This document shows positions 1 to 9,259 of a stretch of 39,665 nt of DNA, piece after piece. The position numbers and the translations under genes were made by a program. The stretch lies in IMG/VR virus record IMGVR_UViG_3300033174_000009. One strand, written 5' to 3'. Each line of letters begins with the position of its first letter. The stretch's first letter is position 1. A model generated the notes under the pieces. The model was not told where the DNA came from. It was given only the letters and a program-made list of their open reading frames with translations, and searched no databases. This DNA is from a virus.

Positions 1-127
1 AGCCTGACAACGGAGTACTGGAAGTACACGCTAATTCGATTCAGGAACATTGGAACCCGCTTTATATCGAAGTGCTTAAACAGATAACGAGCATGGAAGA
101 GCCTGCCGATGATCATGAGGCAATGTT
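1..127. repeat. Terminal direct repeat, copy 1. Identical to 39539-39665, which marks a circularly closed or terminally redundant genome of 39,538 unique bp.
   Basis: Read directly: agcctgacaacggagtactggaag...gatcatgaggcaatgtt occurs at both ends of the window. Confidence 0.95.
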
Positions 128-311
128 ACAAACGTTACTTGACATTTGTAAACAGATAATAACAAGGCTAATCATTACGGCTGAGTTTAAGAAAGTAACT
201 CCGGTTCGTATTAATAAGATAGTTGAATCAAAATACGATGCTAACCTGATCGGGTGGGTTATGACGCTCGATCTATATTACTTGGAAAACCGTGTTAATG
301 TGCCATGTTAG
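1..311 (+). CDS. Hypothetical protein, 3' portion. It continues the ORF that starts at 39409 across the junction (146 aa once circularised).
   Basis: Frame 3 is open from base 3 to the TAG at 309-311. The same frame is open from the ATG at 39409 to the window end. The track only shows the internal-Met piece 72..311. Confidence 0.7.
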   Translation, partial: PDNGVLEVHANSIQEHWNPLYIEVLKQITSMEEPADDHEAMLQTLLDICKQIITRLIITAEFKKVTPVRINKIVESKYDANLIGWVMTLDLYYLENRVNVPC

Positions 312-757
312 GAGAGCAAATAAAACCTGACCTTGAAGCGTTCGTCCGCAACGTCGGTAACCGCAACGGGTATCACGGCAATAAGATTTCCAAGTCAGTC
401 ATGGATATGTGGGAGATCGAAGTGCGTGAAAATGGAGCGGGTGTGTTAGTGCCCTATTGGATGGGTGTGTTAGAATGGGGACGAGGGCCAAGATTAAAGA
501 ATAAAGATCATAAGCTATATCTGAAGATTAAGGCATGGATGGCTAAACGTGGTATGCTGAAAGGCACGACAGAAGAGCAACGAGACAATGAAGCGAAACG
601 GCTAACATGGTATATTAACAGATATGGGAACCAGCAGTACAATCTCGGAAACCGTATTTTCGTCGATGTCTATCGTTCTGAGCGTGAGAAAACTATTGAG
701 GCGATCGGTAAGAAATTTTTTGCACTCGCTGACAAAATCACAAAAGATGTAATATGA
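305..757 (+). CDS. Hypothetical protein of the virion module
   Basis: 150-aa ORF. Its start overlaps the upstream stop, and its stop overlaps the next start (ATGA at 754). Confidence 0.7.
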   Translation: MLGEQIKPDLEAFVRNVGNRNGYHGNKISKSVMDMWEIEVRENGAGVLVPYWMGVLEWGRGPRLKNKDHKLYLKIKAWMAKRGMLKGTTEEQRDNEAKRLTWYINRYGNQQYNLGNRIFVDVYRSEREKTIEAIGKKFFALADKITKDVI

Positions 758-1752
758 TAACACTTGTCTCAACTCCTGAATACGTCGTACAGGAAGCACC
801 GCCGGTAACCTGTCGATGGCTGGCAACGGAAAGTCCTAACAACTTCCGGCTGCTTCGCAGGGACTTCGATATTGTCTCTGCTGCCGATAACGGAGGGGCT
901 TTGCGCCTGACTGTCGGGGCTGGTTTATACAATGGATCTGAAGGCGATCAGGTCTCAGTTTTCAACCGTACTCTTAATGCTATGTTTGTTGGAGAAGTGC
1001 AAGCTGGTTCAACTGATACGATTATTGACACTAACATTGCTTATCAGTCGGGTTTCGATCCTGGTGATCCGGTATTCGATCCCGACAGGGACTACTCGTA
1101 TTTCAATGACAATACACTTCACGCCGGGTATTACTTCGAGGGCCGATTAACCATTAATGGGGTGCTGAATCCTTTAACTATCATCGCTTCACCTGATTCG
1201 TTTGGGTATGCTGATCTTGATGTGTCGGGCATATTAAGAGTTGTCACATCTTTGGGTAAGACCGGTGACTACTCAGAGATGATAATGGCCGAGACGAATA
1301 AATCAGGCAGTTTCTCACTTGAATATCGGGAGTGCTGGTTCGGACTGGAGGGTGACTGGATTCAGTCCGAAGGTGTGGGTTCCCCGGCTGATCCCGTTTT
1401 GTGGTGGTACGCTGAAGCGGTCAGGTCAGAAGAACAGGGGAGTAATCTGCATGAGTTTGTTCCTGATGACACTAAAGATGCACCGTTTCTGAACTTCTTT
1501 GAACGCCCGGTCTATTTCGCTGGTCTGCCGTTCGATCTGTCTTTTATCCTGCCTGAACGTCCGCTGCTTTCTCCTGCCGGGGAACTGACTGTTACTCTTA
1601 GGAAATACTCATCGGCTAATGTCCTGCTGTCGCAGAACACTTATGATATACCTATTGACAGTCTTGACGGGCGGGTGTGCAGTCTGACGATTGATCCTGC
1701 CGGGATCGAGGCGAACGCCTCTCACTTCACCGCTGAAATAACCGCCCCGTGA
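754..1752 (+). CDS. Hypothetical tail or baseplate-module protein
   Basis: 332-aa ORF chained by 4-nt overlaps to both neighbours. It lies directly upstream of the receptor-binding genes. No motif recognised. Confidence 0.65.
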   Translation: MITLVSTPEYVVQEAPPVTCRWLATESPNNFRLLRRDFDIVSAADNGGALRLTVGAGLYNGSEGDQVSVFNRTLNAMFVGEVQAGSTDTIIDTNIAYQSGFDPGDPVFDPDRDYSYFNDNTLHAGYYFEGRLTINGVLNPLTIIASPDSFGYADLDVSGILRVVTSLGKTGDYSEMIMAETNKSGSFSLEYRECWFGLEGDWIQSEGVGSPADPVLWWYAEAVRSEEQGSNLHEFVPDDTKDAPFLNFFERPVYFAGLPFDLSFILPERPLLSPAGELTVTLRKYSSANVLLSQNTYDIPIDSLDGRVCSLTIDPAGIEANASHFTAEITAP

Positions 1753-3176
1753 CAGACCTCGCTCGCATACCAATTTCAAGGCGATGCGAAGGCGTATACC
1801 TTCGTTGGTATTACAACGGTTGGCATTACTGGCTATGGTACGCAGGGGAGATAGTTATTCTTACCGAGGGGGAGAAGTACAGAACCGTCAGCACACAACG
1901 AATGACCGTCGGATCAGGTCAGATAGATGAGTTTCAGATCAAGGCCATACGAACTATCATGCTTACCCGTGAGGTGTATATCTTTACGGATTCCGGCTGG
2001 GGTGTGGTTCGTGTCCTGCCGGGCCAGAAGGAGGTGTTCAACAACTTAACCGGCTGGTATGATTTCGAGATAACTATTGTCATCGGATCAAGACATATAT
2101 CCCGTTCAGGATTCTCCCCGGCTATCGTTGTACCAGTTGTCCCACCGTCTTACGAATGGTGTGAAACGGATTGCATAGGGGCGCAAATATGGATGTGTAA
2201 GAACTATGACATTAACTATCCAGGATCGAAGGTTTACGGCGATAACGAGGCTAACCGTGCATTATATGGTGGTCTTTACACTTGGAATCAGATCATGGCA
2301 TCGGGGTTCGTTCCTGCGGGGTGGCACGTCCCGACACTGGCGGAGTGGCAGGAATTAATAACGTGTGCAGGCGGATCATTGGTGGCAGGGGGTGAACTGA
2401 AAGAAATAGGAACGGATCGGTGGAACGCACCTAACACGGGGGCAGTTGATACTTACGGTTTCAAGGCATTGCCGGGTGGTGGGTTTGATGGTTCATATTC
2501 AAGTATTGGCAATTACGGATTTTTCTGGACAGCAACTCCCGGAGGAGGAATGACGGCGAACTTTATTCAGTTAAGTTACAATAACGCACAAGCTGTTAAT
2601 TCAGGGACATTACGTACAAATTATTTGTCGGTCAGGCTTATAAAGGATGAAGTCTGTGAAGAACCGCATTTGATTACAGATGACTGGTTTTTACCTTCAG
2701 CAGACGAACTAAAAGCAATGTTTGATAATTTAGCTTTATATGGATTGGGGAATTTCTCAACAAATCCTTTAGATTGCCTGTATTGGAGTTCTTCAGAATT
2801 TTTTCTTTATACGGCATGGTCCTATAATTTTGTTGAGGGAGGGGATGATTTTAATAGTTCATCAAAGCATGAGATAAATCGTATCAGGCCATGCAGAACA
2901 TTTATTACCAGCACCGGGAATTACCTGTTAAGAGACCAGGGAGAAACCGGGGGACTGGTATTCTATATTGAAGATATTGGAGGAGGTGAAAGCAGGTATT
3001 ATGAAGCTGCAATAAACGATATACCATCCGCAGCATGGAGCAATATTACAGATGTCGATATAGGAACAACGTCAACAGATATTGGAGAGGGACAAAACAA
3101 TACAAATAAGATAATGGCACAGGCAGGACACGTAAATAGTGCAGCGAAAGATTGTGATGATTGGGGAAATGTTTAA
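1749..3176 (+). CDS. Receptor-binding tail-fibre-like protein: N-terminal anchor module, then a FISUMP-type domain, then DUF1566 (Lcl C-terminal)-like segments.
   Basis: FISUMP-like signature: IGAQIWMCKNYD...YGGLYTWNQ...VPAGWHVPTLAEWQEL...GFKALPGGG...GFFWTAT...YLSVRLIKD. DUF1566-like signature: DWFLPSADELKAMF...YWSSSE...AWSYNF..G...RIRPCRTF. The N-terminus is paralogous to ORF 3434..5764. Confidence 0.7.
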   Translation: MTDLARIPISRRCEGVYLRWYYNGWHYWLWYAGEIVILTEGEKYRTVSTQRMTVGSGQIDEFQIKAIRTIMLTREVYIFTDSGWGVVRVLPGQKEVFNNLTGWYDFEITIVIGSRHISRSGFSPAIVVPVVPPSYEWCETDCIGAQIWMCKNYDINYPGSKVYGDNEANRALYGGLYTWNQIMASGFVPAGWHVPTLAEWQELITCAGGSLVAGGELKEIGTDRWNAPNTGAVDTYGFKALPGGGFDGSYSSIGNYGFFWTATPGGGMTANFIQLSYNNAQAVNSGTLRTNYLSVRLIKDEVCEEPHLITDDWFLPSADELKAMFDNLALYGLGNFSTNPLDCLYWSSSEFFLYTAWSYNFVEGGDDFNSSSKHEINRIRPCRTFITSTGNYLLRDQGETGGLVFYIEDIGGGESRYYEAAINDIPSAAWSNITDVDIGTTSTDIGEGQNNTNKIMAQAGHVNSAAKDCDDWGNV

Positions 3177-3447
3177 AATATCACTGACCGCTTTTATGTT
3201 CTCCGCTATCGTGCAGCGGGAACATTCCCTGTTTACATGGTACAGGGTTTTGATTCAGAAACTACCTTGGTGGCTTGCCCGTCCGCTTGGTATGTGTTAT
3301 ATGTGCGTCACGGGACAGGCCTGCCTCTGGTACTTCATTGCAACAAGACGATTTGATTTCATTGAACTGGCTTTTTTTGTTTCTGCCGGGATAGGGCTTT
3401 CGATGGTTTACAATAAGATATACTGCTGGCTAGATGGCAACAATTAG
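3139..3447 (+). CDS. Small integral membrane protein (2-3 predicted TM helices). The real start is possibly the ATG at 3169.
   Basis: Hydrophobic segments ISLTAFMFSAIV, CLWYFIA and LAFFVSAGIGLSMV, plus a PLGMCYMCVTGQ Cys motif. It overlaps both flanking tail genes. Confidence 0.55.
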   Translation: MQRKIVMIGEMFKISLTAFMFSAIVQREHSLFTWYRVLIQKLPWWLARPLGMCYMCVTGQACLWYFIATRRFDFIELAFFVSAGIGLSMVYNKIYCWLDGNN

Positions 3448-5764
3448 CTCCATACGGGTTCAGGTTAACAGATGTACCGAAGGTATATTTTTACGTTGGT
3501 ATCGCAATGGCTGGCACTACTTTCTCTTTTCAAATGGTTATGAGATCAATATGCAAACCGACGAAAAGGATGTGATGACCTCTCAGTTCTTTAGTGTCAT
3601 ATCTAAGATTGAACGCAGCACCCGCATCGGAGCCGACTACTCTTATAAAGTCACACTTCATGGTATCACTGCCGGGAATATCGACGGGTTCAAGGGCTTA
3701 CTGATGGCCGAGATGGTCGAGCAGTATGAAGACGGTGTATGGCGTGAGGTTGATTTAACACGTGGCGATCACACTGTAAAAGAGCCGGGAGAGAACGGGT
3801 ATATTCTGGATTTCGAGATAAGACGTAAAGAGCTGATTGACCAGTCATCCGTTTATCAGAAGTCTTTAAGGTTGTTCATCGGTGACACTCTTTGCGATAT
3901 GGATGAGTCGGAGATCGTGCCTGTTAATAAACAAGTTAATAACATTGCAGAGCTTCAGGATCGACAGACGGATTTCACGACAGGATTCAAGATTCGCAAG
4001 ACCCGCCAGATGCGTGAATTATTTGAACTGTCGGGAGAGGTAGGGGCGAATACTCTCTTTCCCTACCAGGCACAACCAGCCCGACTGATCCAGGATAATA
4101 TTGAGATGATCACTAACGGGAAACTAATCCTTAATCGGGTTGATGATCAGTATTATCACGTGGCCATATATTCAGGGAATATAAGTTTCTTTAAACAGAT
4201 TGAGAATCTAAAACTATCTGATCTTCTATTGGCATCAACTAACCATACATGGGATATTGACACTATGGCCGCTACTCATGCCTGCACGAGCCCGGCGTGT
4301 GATTTCGTGTATCCTTTATGTGAACCGTCAGATGACGGGAGTATTACACCTTATACAGACGATGGCGATAGAATTGAGATGTACGGCGGATGGATATGGC
4401 CATTTATCAAGGTGAAAGCTATTTGGGATGAGATAATCGAAACGGCCGGGTATAGTGTTGTCGGTGGTGATGTTGTTGATAGTGATTTATTCTCAAAGAT
4501 ATATATGCCAATTTCGAGACTGGCATTAAAAAGCACGACTAATAAATATCTGTATTCAAAATACTGGTCAGGTTACTATCAATACCTTGCAGAGGCACGT
4601 TTAGCATTGCCGGGTCAGGTATTAATCACTGGCGATAATGATTTTCTTGACGGTGTTTACTGGACAAAGGTTGCAGGGAAATATACTATCAGGATCACAA
4701 CTTTAACAACCTCGCCTATTCCGACAATCAAGCTATATTCAGGATTGGTTTATAAGGGTGATTTTACAGTAATAACATCAGCTCCATTTATAACATGGAC
4801 AATGACAGAATATGAATATGTCTATGAGGCTGAATCGAACGAGATGCTTGTATTCACAACTACACCTGCAGTGGTGTTTGCATATTATAGCGTATCTATA
4901 ATTAAAATAGAGACTGCATCAGTAGGCTATGGATCAGATTTAGAGCCGAGATATTTACTGCCAGATATGTCACAGGTCGATCTTATCAAGATGATGTGCA
5001 ATCTTTTCGGGTTAGTCCCGGAAGTGAATGAACGAACTAAAAAGATACGGTTCTGGAACTATCAGGAACTTTATGATAATATTGCCATTGCACGGGATTG
5101 GTCAGCTTATCTGTCAGAACGGGATGGCACTACTGAATTTAAGTACGGCGACTACGCACAGAATAATTATCTCAAGTATAAAGTTTCAAATGATGTAATC
5201 ACGGATCAGGGACGTGGTAATATGCAGATAGATGACAGTACTCTGAAAGAAGAAAAGACAATTGTTGAAGTGCCAGTGGCAACCTGTGACGAAGTTGACA
5301 TATTAGATAATAATTTCATTGTTAATGTATCACGTATTGCCTTTAACAAATGGAATGAAAAGGATGAGGTTTATATTTCCAACAAGACCATTGATCCGAG
5401 AATTGTTTACGTGGATTTTGTTAAAGAAATTGCCTCGCCGCCTTATACTAAAAGTCTATGGTTGAGAGGTACTGTCAATCCTATGGACGGCGGTTGGTTC
5501 GGGCCAGAGATCGTCACTCCTAAAAAAGCATCATCTATTGAGGTGGCATTTTCGAGCCTGGTCATCCATTATGCTAATCTGTCCCGTATGCTGACTAAGA
5601 CCAACCTGAGAAAGGCTAAGTTCAACCTGCCTGTTTACGAGGTGGCCGGGCTGCAGCATAATATACCCGTTTACCTGTCTCAATACAAGGCTTATTTCTA
5701 CGTCAATAAGATAACTAACTATGTCGCCGGCAAGCTCTGCACTGTGGAACTGCTAAAACTATAA
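3434..5764 (+). CDS. Large tail or baseplate protein (second receptor-binding candidate) that shares its N-terminal module with ORF 1749..3176.
   Basis: 776-aa ORF. N-terminal RCTEGIFLRWYRNGWHYFLF matches RCEGVYLRWYYNGWHYWLW of the upstream gene. Confidence 0.7.
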   Translation: MATISSIRVQVNRCTEGIFLRWYRNGWHYFLFSNGYEINMQTDEKDVMTSQFFSVISKIERSTRIGADYSYKVTLHGITAGNIDGFKGLLMAEMVEQYEDGVWREVDLTRGDHTVKEPGENGYILDFEIRRKELIDQSSVYQKSLRLFIGDTLCDMDESEIVPVNKQVNNIAELQDRQTDFTTGFKIRKTRQMRELFELSGEVGANTLFPYQAQPARLIQDNIEMITNGKLILNRVDDQYYHVAIYSGNISFFKQIENLKLSDLLLASTNHTWDIDTMAATHACTSPACDFVYPLCEPSDDGSITPYTDDGDRIEMYGGWIWPFIKVKAIWDEIIETAGYSVVGGDVVDSDLFSKIYMPISRLALKSTTNKYLYSKYWSGYYQYLAEARLALPGQVLITGDNDFLDGVYWTKVAGKYTIRITTLTTSPIPTIKLYSGLVYKGDFTVITSAPFITWTMTEYEYVYEAESNEMLVFTTTPAVVFAYYSVSIIKIETASVGYGSDLEPRYLLPDMSQVDLIKMMCNLFGLVPEVNERTKKIRFWNYQELYDNIAIARDWSAYLSERDGTTEFKYGDYAQNNYLKYKVSNDVITDQGRGNMQIDDSTLKEEKTIVEVPVATCDEVDILDNNFIVNVSRIAFNKWNEKDEVYISNKTIDPRIVYVDFVKEIASPPYTKSLWLRGTVNPMDGGWFGPEIVTPKKASSIEVAFSSLVIHYANLSRMLTKTNLRKAKFNLPVYEVAGLQHNIPVYLSQYKAYFYVNKITNYVAGKLCTVELLKL

Positions 5765-5766
5765 CA

Positions 5767-8274
5767 ATGGACGAAGAGAAGAAATATATTATAAACATCG
5801 AATCGAATCTTGACGACTACATCAAGAAAGCTGATGAGGCTCGTAAGAAAGTCGATGAGATGATCGTTGCCAACCTGAAGGTTCAACATTCAGAGACAGC
5901 CACATCGGAAGAGCGGGAAAAATCCAATGCATCACTGCGCAACGCACAGAAAGAATACTCAAATGCAAAGAAGTTAGTCGATCAGGCTGTACTGGCTAAT
6001 AAGGCACAGGCGGGCAGCTATGAACAACTTTACCGTCAGTGGAACCTCGCACAGACGCAACTGAAGTTAATGGGCGATGCCTATACGGTGAATGAGAAGG
6101 GCGTGAGGGTTCTGTCGCAGCGTTATATTGAACAATCGAAAGTCGTCGCTGATGCAAAAAAAGCACTCGACGCATTCGGCAAAGGCGTGAATGACAACCG
6201 ACTGAATGTAGGAAATTATACTGAGAGCATTAAGACTGCACTTGGTGAGATGCGTGTCCTTCCTGGTGCATTGGGTCAGGCTACCGGAGGTATTCAGCGA
6301 ATGATAGTTGCAGCGAAGGCGTTTATAGCTACTCCGCTTGGTGCAATTCTGGCAGCTATCGTCGGGGCAGTCACTCTTCTGGTTAAAGCCTTCAAGAACT
6401 CACAACCGCTAATGGATGCTTTCGAGCGGGTATCATCAGCTATCGCCGCTACCTTTAAGGTCTTACTTGACCGTGTGAGTAATTTCGCTGAGTTTTTAGG
6501 CTCAATCTTTAATAAGGAACTCCGTGAATCCCGCCGTGAGGCGAAAGCCTTAAACGATGAGCTGATAGGCATTGAAGAGACAATGAGCCGAAGGGAGAAG
6601 CGAGAGTTAAGACGAGCCAATAAGAAGGGACTATTTGAAGAGATCAAGGAAGAGGCTGCCGCTGCCAGAGACCTGACGAAAGCACAACAGGATTTAGAAG
6701 ATTCAGAGATTGCGTTTATTCAGCGTAAGGCCGAAATGAGAAGGCAGATCGAAGAGTTGTTTTCCTCAACTAAAGATGAGAACTTGACCGATGCTGAAAG
6801 GATAGTAAATCTTGACAAGGCTATTGCGCTGACAAAAGAGATGACAGCCATTGAAGTCGGGTTTGCTAAAGAGCGGGCAAGGATAAGTCAGGAGAGGGTA
6901 GTTCAGGGTAACTCGACACGTGAAGAGCTGCGGGCAAATGAAGAAGCGCAGGCAGCAGCTACCGAGGCAGAGGCGCAGGGATTTAAGGAGATAAAGAGAT
7001 TGGGTTCAGAAAGGTTTTCGCTTATCAAAAGGATTACTGATGAACAGCGCAAGGCTATTGGTGAGCAAAGCAAGATCGAAACAGAGAACTTCAAACAAAC
7101 TGAGGCACGACTAAAAAAAGAGATCACATTTGTTGAAGCCCGCAAGAAACTCGCAAAAGAGAATCTTGATGCACAGATTAAAGCAATCGAAGATGAGCGC
7201 AAGGCACGAACTGAAGGACTGACAGGTGACGAATTACTGACTGTCGAGAGGCAGTTTCAGGATCGTATGCTTCAACTCCGGTATGATTACATCAATCAGG
7301 TATCGTCAGCCGAGTCAGATGCAACGGCCAAACAGATACAGCTCAGGGAACTTCAGTATCAGGAAGAGCTGAGGTTGGCCGGAGAGAATATCGAAAAGAA
7401 GAAACAACTCGAAATAGATTACCAGGCGGATCTTGTTCAGATCAATCAGGCCGCATCCATCGAAGCACAACGTAACCTGCAGGCTGAGATTGATGCTTAC
7501 AAGGTAGCGCAGGAGAGTAAGAAACAATCACAGATCGAATACGATGAATGGAACCGGGAGCGTGAGCTGATTAATCAGGAGAATGAGTTTCAGATACGGG
7601 AGCTAAGAAATGAATATGAGTTCAACATTGAGCGTGACCGGCTTGAAGCTAAAAGACTGTTAGAGATCGAAGCAGCCGAACGCACCGGGGCAGATATTAA
7701 TCTTATTAACGAGAAATATTCAGAGGCACGCAAGCAGATAGACCGGGCGGAGCTTAATGCTAAACTGGAACTTGCTTCAGGGTTTGCCGGTAATCTGGCT
7801 CAGATATTCGGAGAGCAGACGGCGATAGGTAAGGCGGCGGCCGTTGCACAGACAGCTATTAATACCTATTCATCAGCACAGAAGAGTTATGACGCACTGG
7901 CTGGGATTCCTATTGTCGGCCCTGCTTTGGGTGCTGTGGCCGCTGCCGCTGCCGTTGTTGCAGGGATAGCTAATGTAAAGAAGATTCTGTCTGTCAAATC
8001 AGGACTGCCAGGTGACTCAGGCGGTGGCGCACCTACATCTATATCCGCTTCAGCACCGGCACAGAGGGCTTTCGCACCGGCGGCACAATCGACATTATTC
8101 ACTCAGCCGCAACTGTCGCAACAGCAACTTAATGCACTACCTAACCAGCCTATGCTGACGGCTGAGGATATTGCAGGCGCAGTGGCTAAACTGCCTGCTC
8201 CTGTTGTAACGGTTGAAGATATTAACGCCCGGACGGCTCAGTCACGGGCCGTTGAAGTAAGATCAGTGATATGA
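5767..8274 (+). CDS. Tape-measure-like protein (long coiled coil with hydrophobic segments and a Gly/Ala-rich C-terminal region)
   Basis: 835 aa, highly charged with a heptad-like E/K/Q/A/L composition. Hydrophobic stretches GAILAAIVGAVTLLV and IVGPALGAVAAAAAVVAGIA. An internal or ejection protein is an alternative. Confidence 0.6.
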   Translation: MDEEKKYIINIESNLDDYIKKADEARKKVDEMIVANLKVQHSETATSEEREKSNASLRNAQKEYSNAKKLVDQAVLANKAQAGSYEQLYRQWNLAQTQLKLMGDAYTVNEKGVRVLSQRYIEQSKVVADAKKALDAFGKGVNDNRLNVGNYTESIKTALGEMRVLPGALGQATGGIQRMIVAAKAFIATPLGAILAAIVGAVTLLVKAFKNSQPLMDAFERVSSAIAATFKVLLDRVSNFAEFLGSIFNKELRESRREAKALNDELIGIEETMSRREKRELRRANKKGLFEEIKEEAAAARDLTKAQQDLEDSEIAFIQRKAEMRRQIEELFSSTKDENLTDAERIVNLDKAIALTKEMTAIEVGFAKERARISQERVVQGNSTREELRANEEAQAAATEAEAQGFKEIKRLGSERFSLIKRITDEQRKAIGEQSKIETENFKQTEARLKKEITFVEARKKLAKENLDAQIKAIEDERKARTEGLTGDELLTVERQFQDRMLQLRYDYINQVSSAESDATAKQIQLRELQYQEELRLAGENIEKKKQLEIDYQADLVQINQAASIEAQRNLQAEIDAYKVAQESKKQSQIEYDEWNRERELINQENEFQIRELRNEYEFNIERDRLEAKRLLEIEAAERTGADINLINEKYSEARKQIDRAELNAKLELASGFAGNLAQIFGEQTAIGKAAAVAQTAINTYSSAQKSYDALAGIPIVGPALGAVAAAAAVVAGIANVKKILSVKSGLPGDSGGGAPTSISASAPAQRAFAPAAQSTLFTQPQLSQQQLNALPNQPMLTAEDIAGAVAKLPAPVVTVEDINARTAQSRAVEVRSVI

Positions 8275-8501
8275 CATTATTCGAGCGGATAAACGAGAAT
8301 ATTGACCGGGTGAAGAAAGATGTTTGCATCGGGTTAATTCCTTGCGCCACTCTCAAACACTGGCAGATTTACGCACGGTATGATTCTTACCGCAAGGCAG
8401 GGCACAATGTAAGCAAATCGGCATTGTTTACAAGTTTTGATTTTGACGTTAGTGATCGGCACGTGATGAACATAAAAAAAGAGATGGAGACAGAGATATG
8501 A
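8271..8501 (+). CDS. Small hypothetical protein, possibly helix-turn-helix
   Basis: 76 aa with ATGA overlaps at both ends. The C-terminal segment VSKSALFTSFDFDVSDRHVMNIKKEM resembles an HTH recognition region. Weak call. Confidence 0.5.
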   Translation: MTLFERINENIDRVKKDVCIGLIPCATLKHWQIYARYDSYRKAGHNVSKSALFTSFDFDVSDRHVMNIKKEMETEI

Positions 8502-9259
8502 AAGTGTTGTTTTATCCTGATCCCCCAACTCAGCAACCAGGTCATTCATTGAGTAAGACGATAAGATATTTCCAGATTATAGGTTATGAATTAACAAATG
8601 ATATTAACTCAGATTGGGAGATTGCAGTACATTGGAACTACAACGATCTTAAAGATACAGATAGATTATTTCTTGAAGATAACCGAATTGTACTTAACAG
8701 AGATTTAAGAAATGTAAATAAAGATTACGTTGATGAGATTTTCACTCAGTCTTTTGGATATAGCTCAATGGCAGACACCGATAAATTTGGGTTTTGTATT
8801 CGTAAGAGTAATCGGCAATCAGCACATGACGGGGTCATTATGAAAACCCCATGCGAAAGGGAACCGGGATATATTTACCAGTTATTTCTTGACAACAGGG
8901 ATTCAATAAGCACGGTTTATGACATACGCATCCCCGTATTTATGGGACGTATTCCATTGATATTCATTAAAAGTCGTGGTATTGAAGGATGTTTCGAGAA
9001 TACCCTTTCAGATAATAAAAATTACTGGATCGAAAAACCTGAAGATTGTTTATATCATTGGGAAATTGATTTGATACAGCTATTTTGCGAATCAATGGGC
9101 TTTGATCTTGGTGAGATAGATGCGATACGGGATAACTCAACAGGAAAATTGTATCTGATTGATGTTAATGATATTCCCGGAGGGGCTGTTTTTGATCATA
9201 TCAAAGACGGAAAGGAAGTTGAAAAGAGACTGGCATATTATCTAAACGAACTGTTATGA
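8498..9259 (+). CDS. ATP-grasp fold enzyme (carboxylate-amine ligase type)
   Basis: Order of ATP-grasp-like elements: FCIRKSNRQSAHDGV, YIYQLFLD, VYDIRIPVFMGRIPLIF, and LGEIDAIRDNSTGKLYLIDVNDIPGG (the C-terminal D/E-x-N-x-x-PG metal-binding motif). Confidence 0.6.
   Translation: MKVLFYPDPPTQQPGHSLSKTIRYFQIIGYELTNDINSDWEIAVHWNYNDLKDTDRLFLEDNRIVLNRDLRNVNKDYVDEIFTQSFGYSSMADTDKFGFCIRKSNRQSAHDGVIMKTPCEREPGYIYQLFLDNRDSISTVYDIRIPVFMGRIPLIFIKSRGIEGCFENTLSDNKNYWIEKPEDCLYHWEIDLIQLFCESMGFDLGEIDAIRDNSTGKLYLIDVNDIPGGAVFDHIKDGKEVEKRLAYYLNELL

Noticed and set aside
1-127. Treating the 127-bp repeat as a proven biological direct terminal repeat or packaging terminus
   Set aside because: An exact end overlap of this kind is equally well explained by assembly of a circular or circularly permuted genome. 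The PBSX-type large terminase does not settle the packaging mode by itself.
1749-3176. Diversity-generating retroelement targeting the lectin-like receptor-binding domain
   Set aside because: No reverse transcriptase ORF exists anywhere in the genome, and I saw no template-repeat copy of the C-terminal region. A computational self-alignment allowing A-to-N mismatches would be the definitive check.
6294-8102. Several 70-117-aa antisense ORFs inside the tape-measure-like gene. Similar ones lie inside the glycosyltransferase genes (10317..11238), the capsid region (15096..15368) and 38780..39187.
   Set aside because: They are nested within much longer, well-supported genes on the opposite strand. 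Their compositions (Ser/Arg/Ala/Leu-rich) are those expected from reverse-complemented coding sequence.
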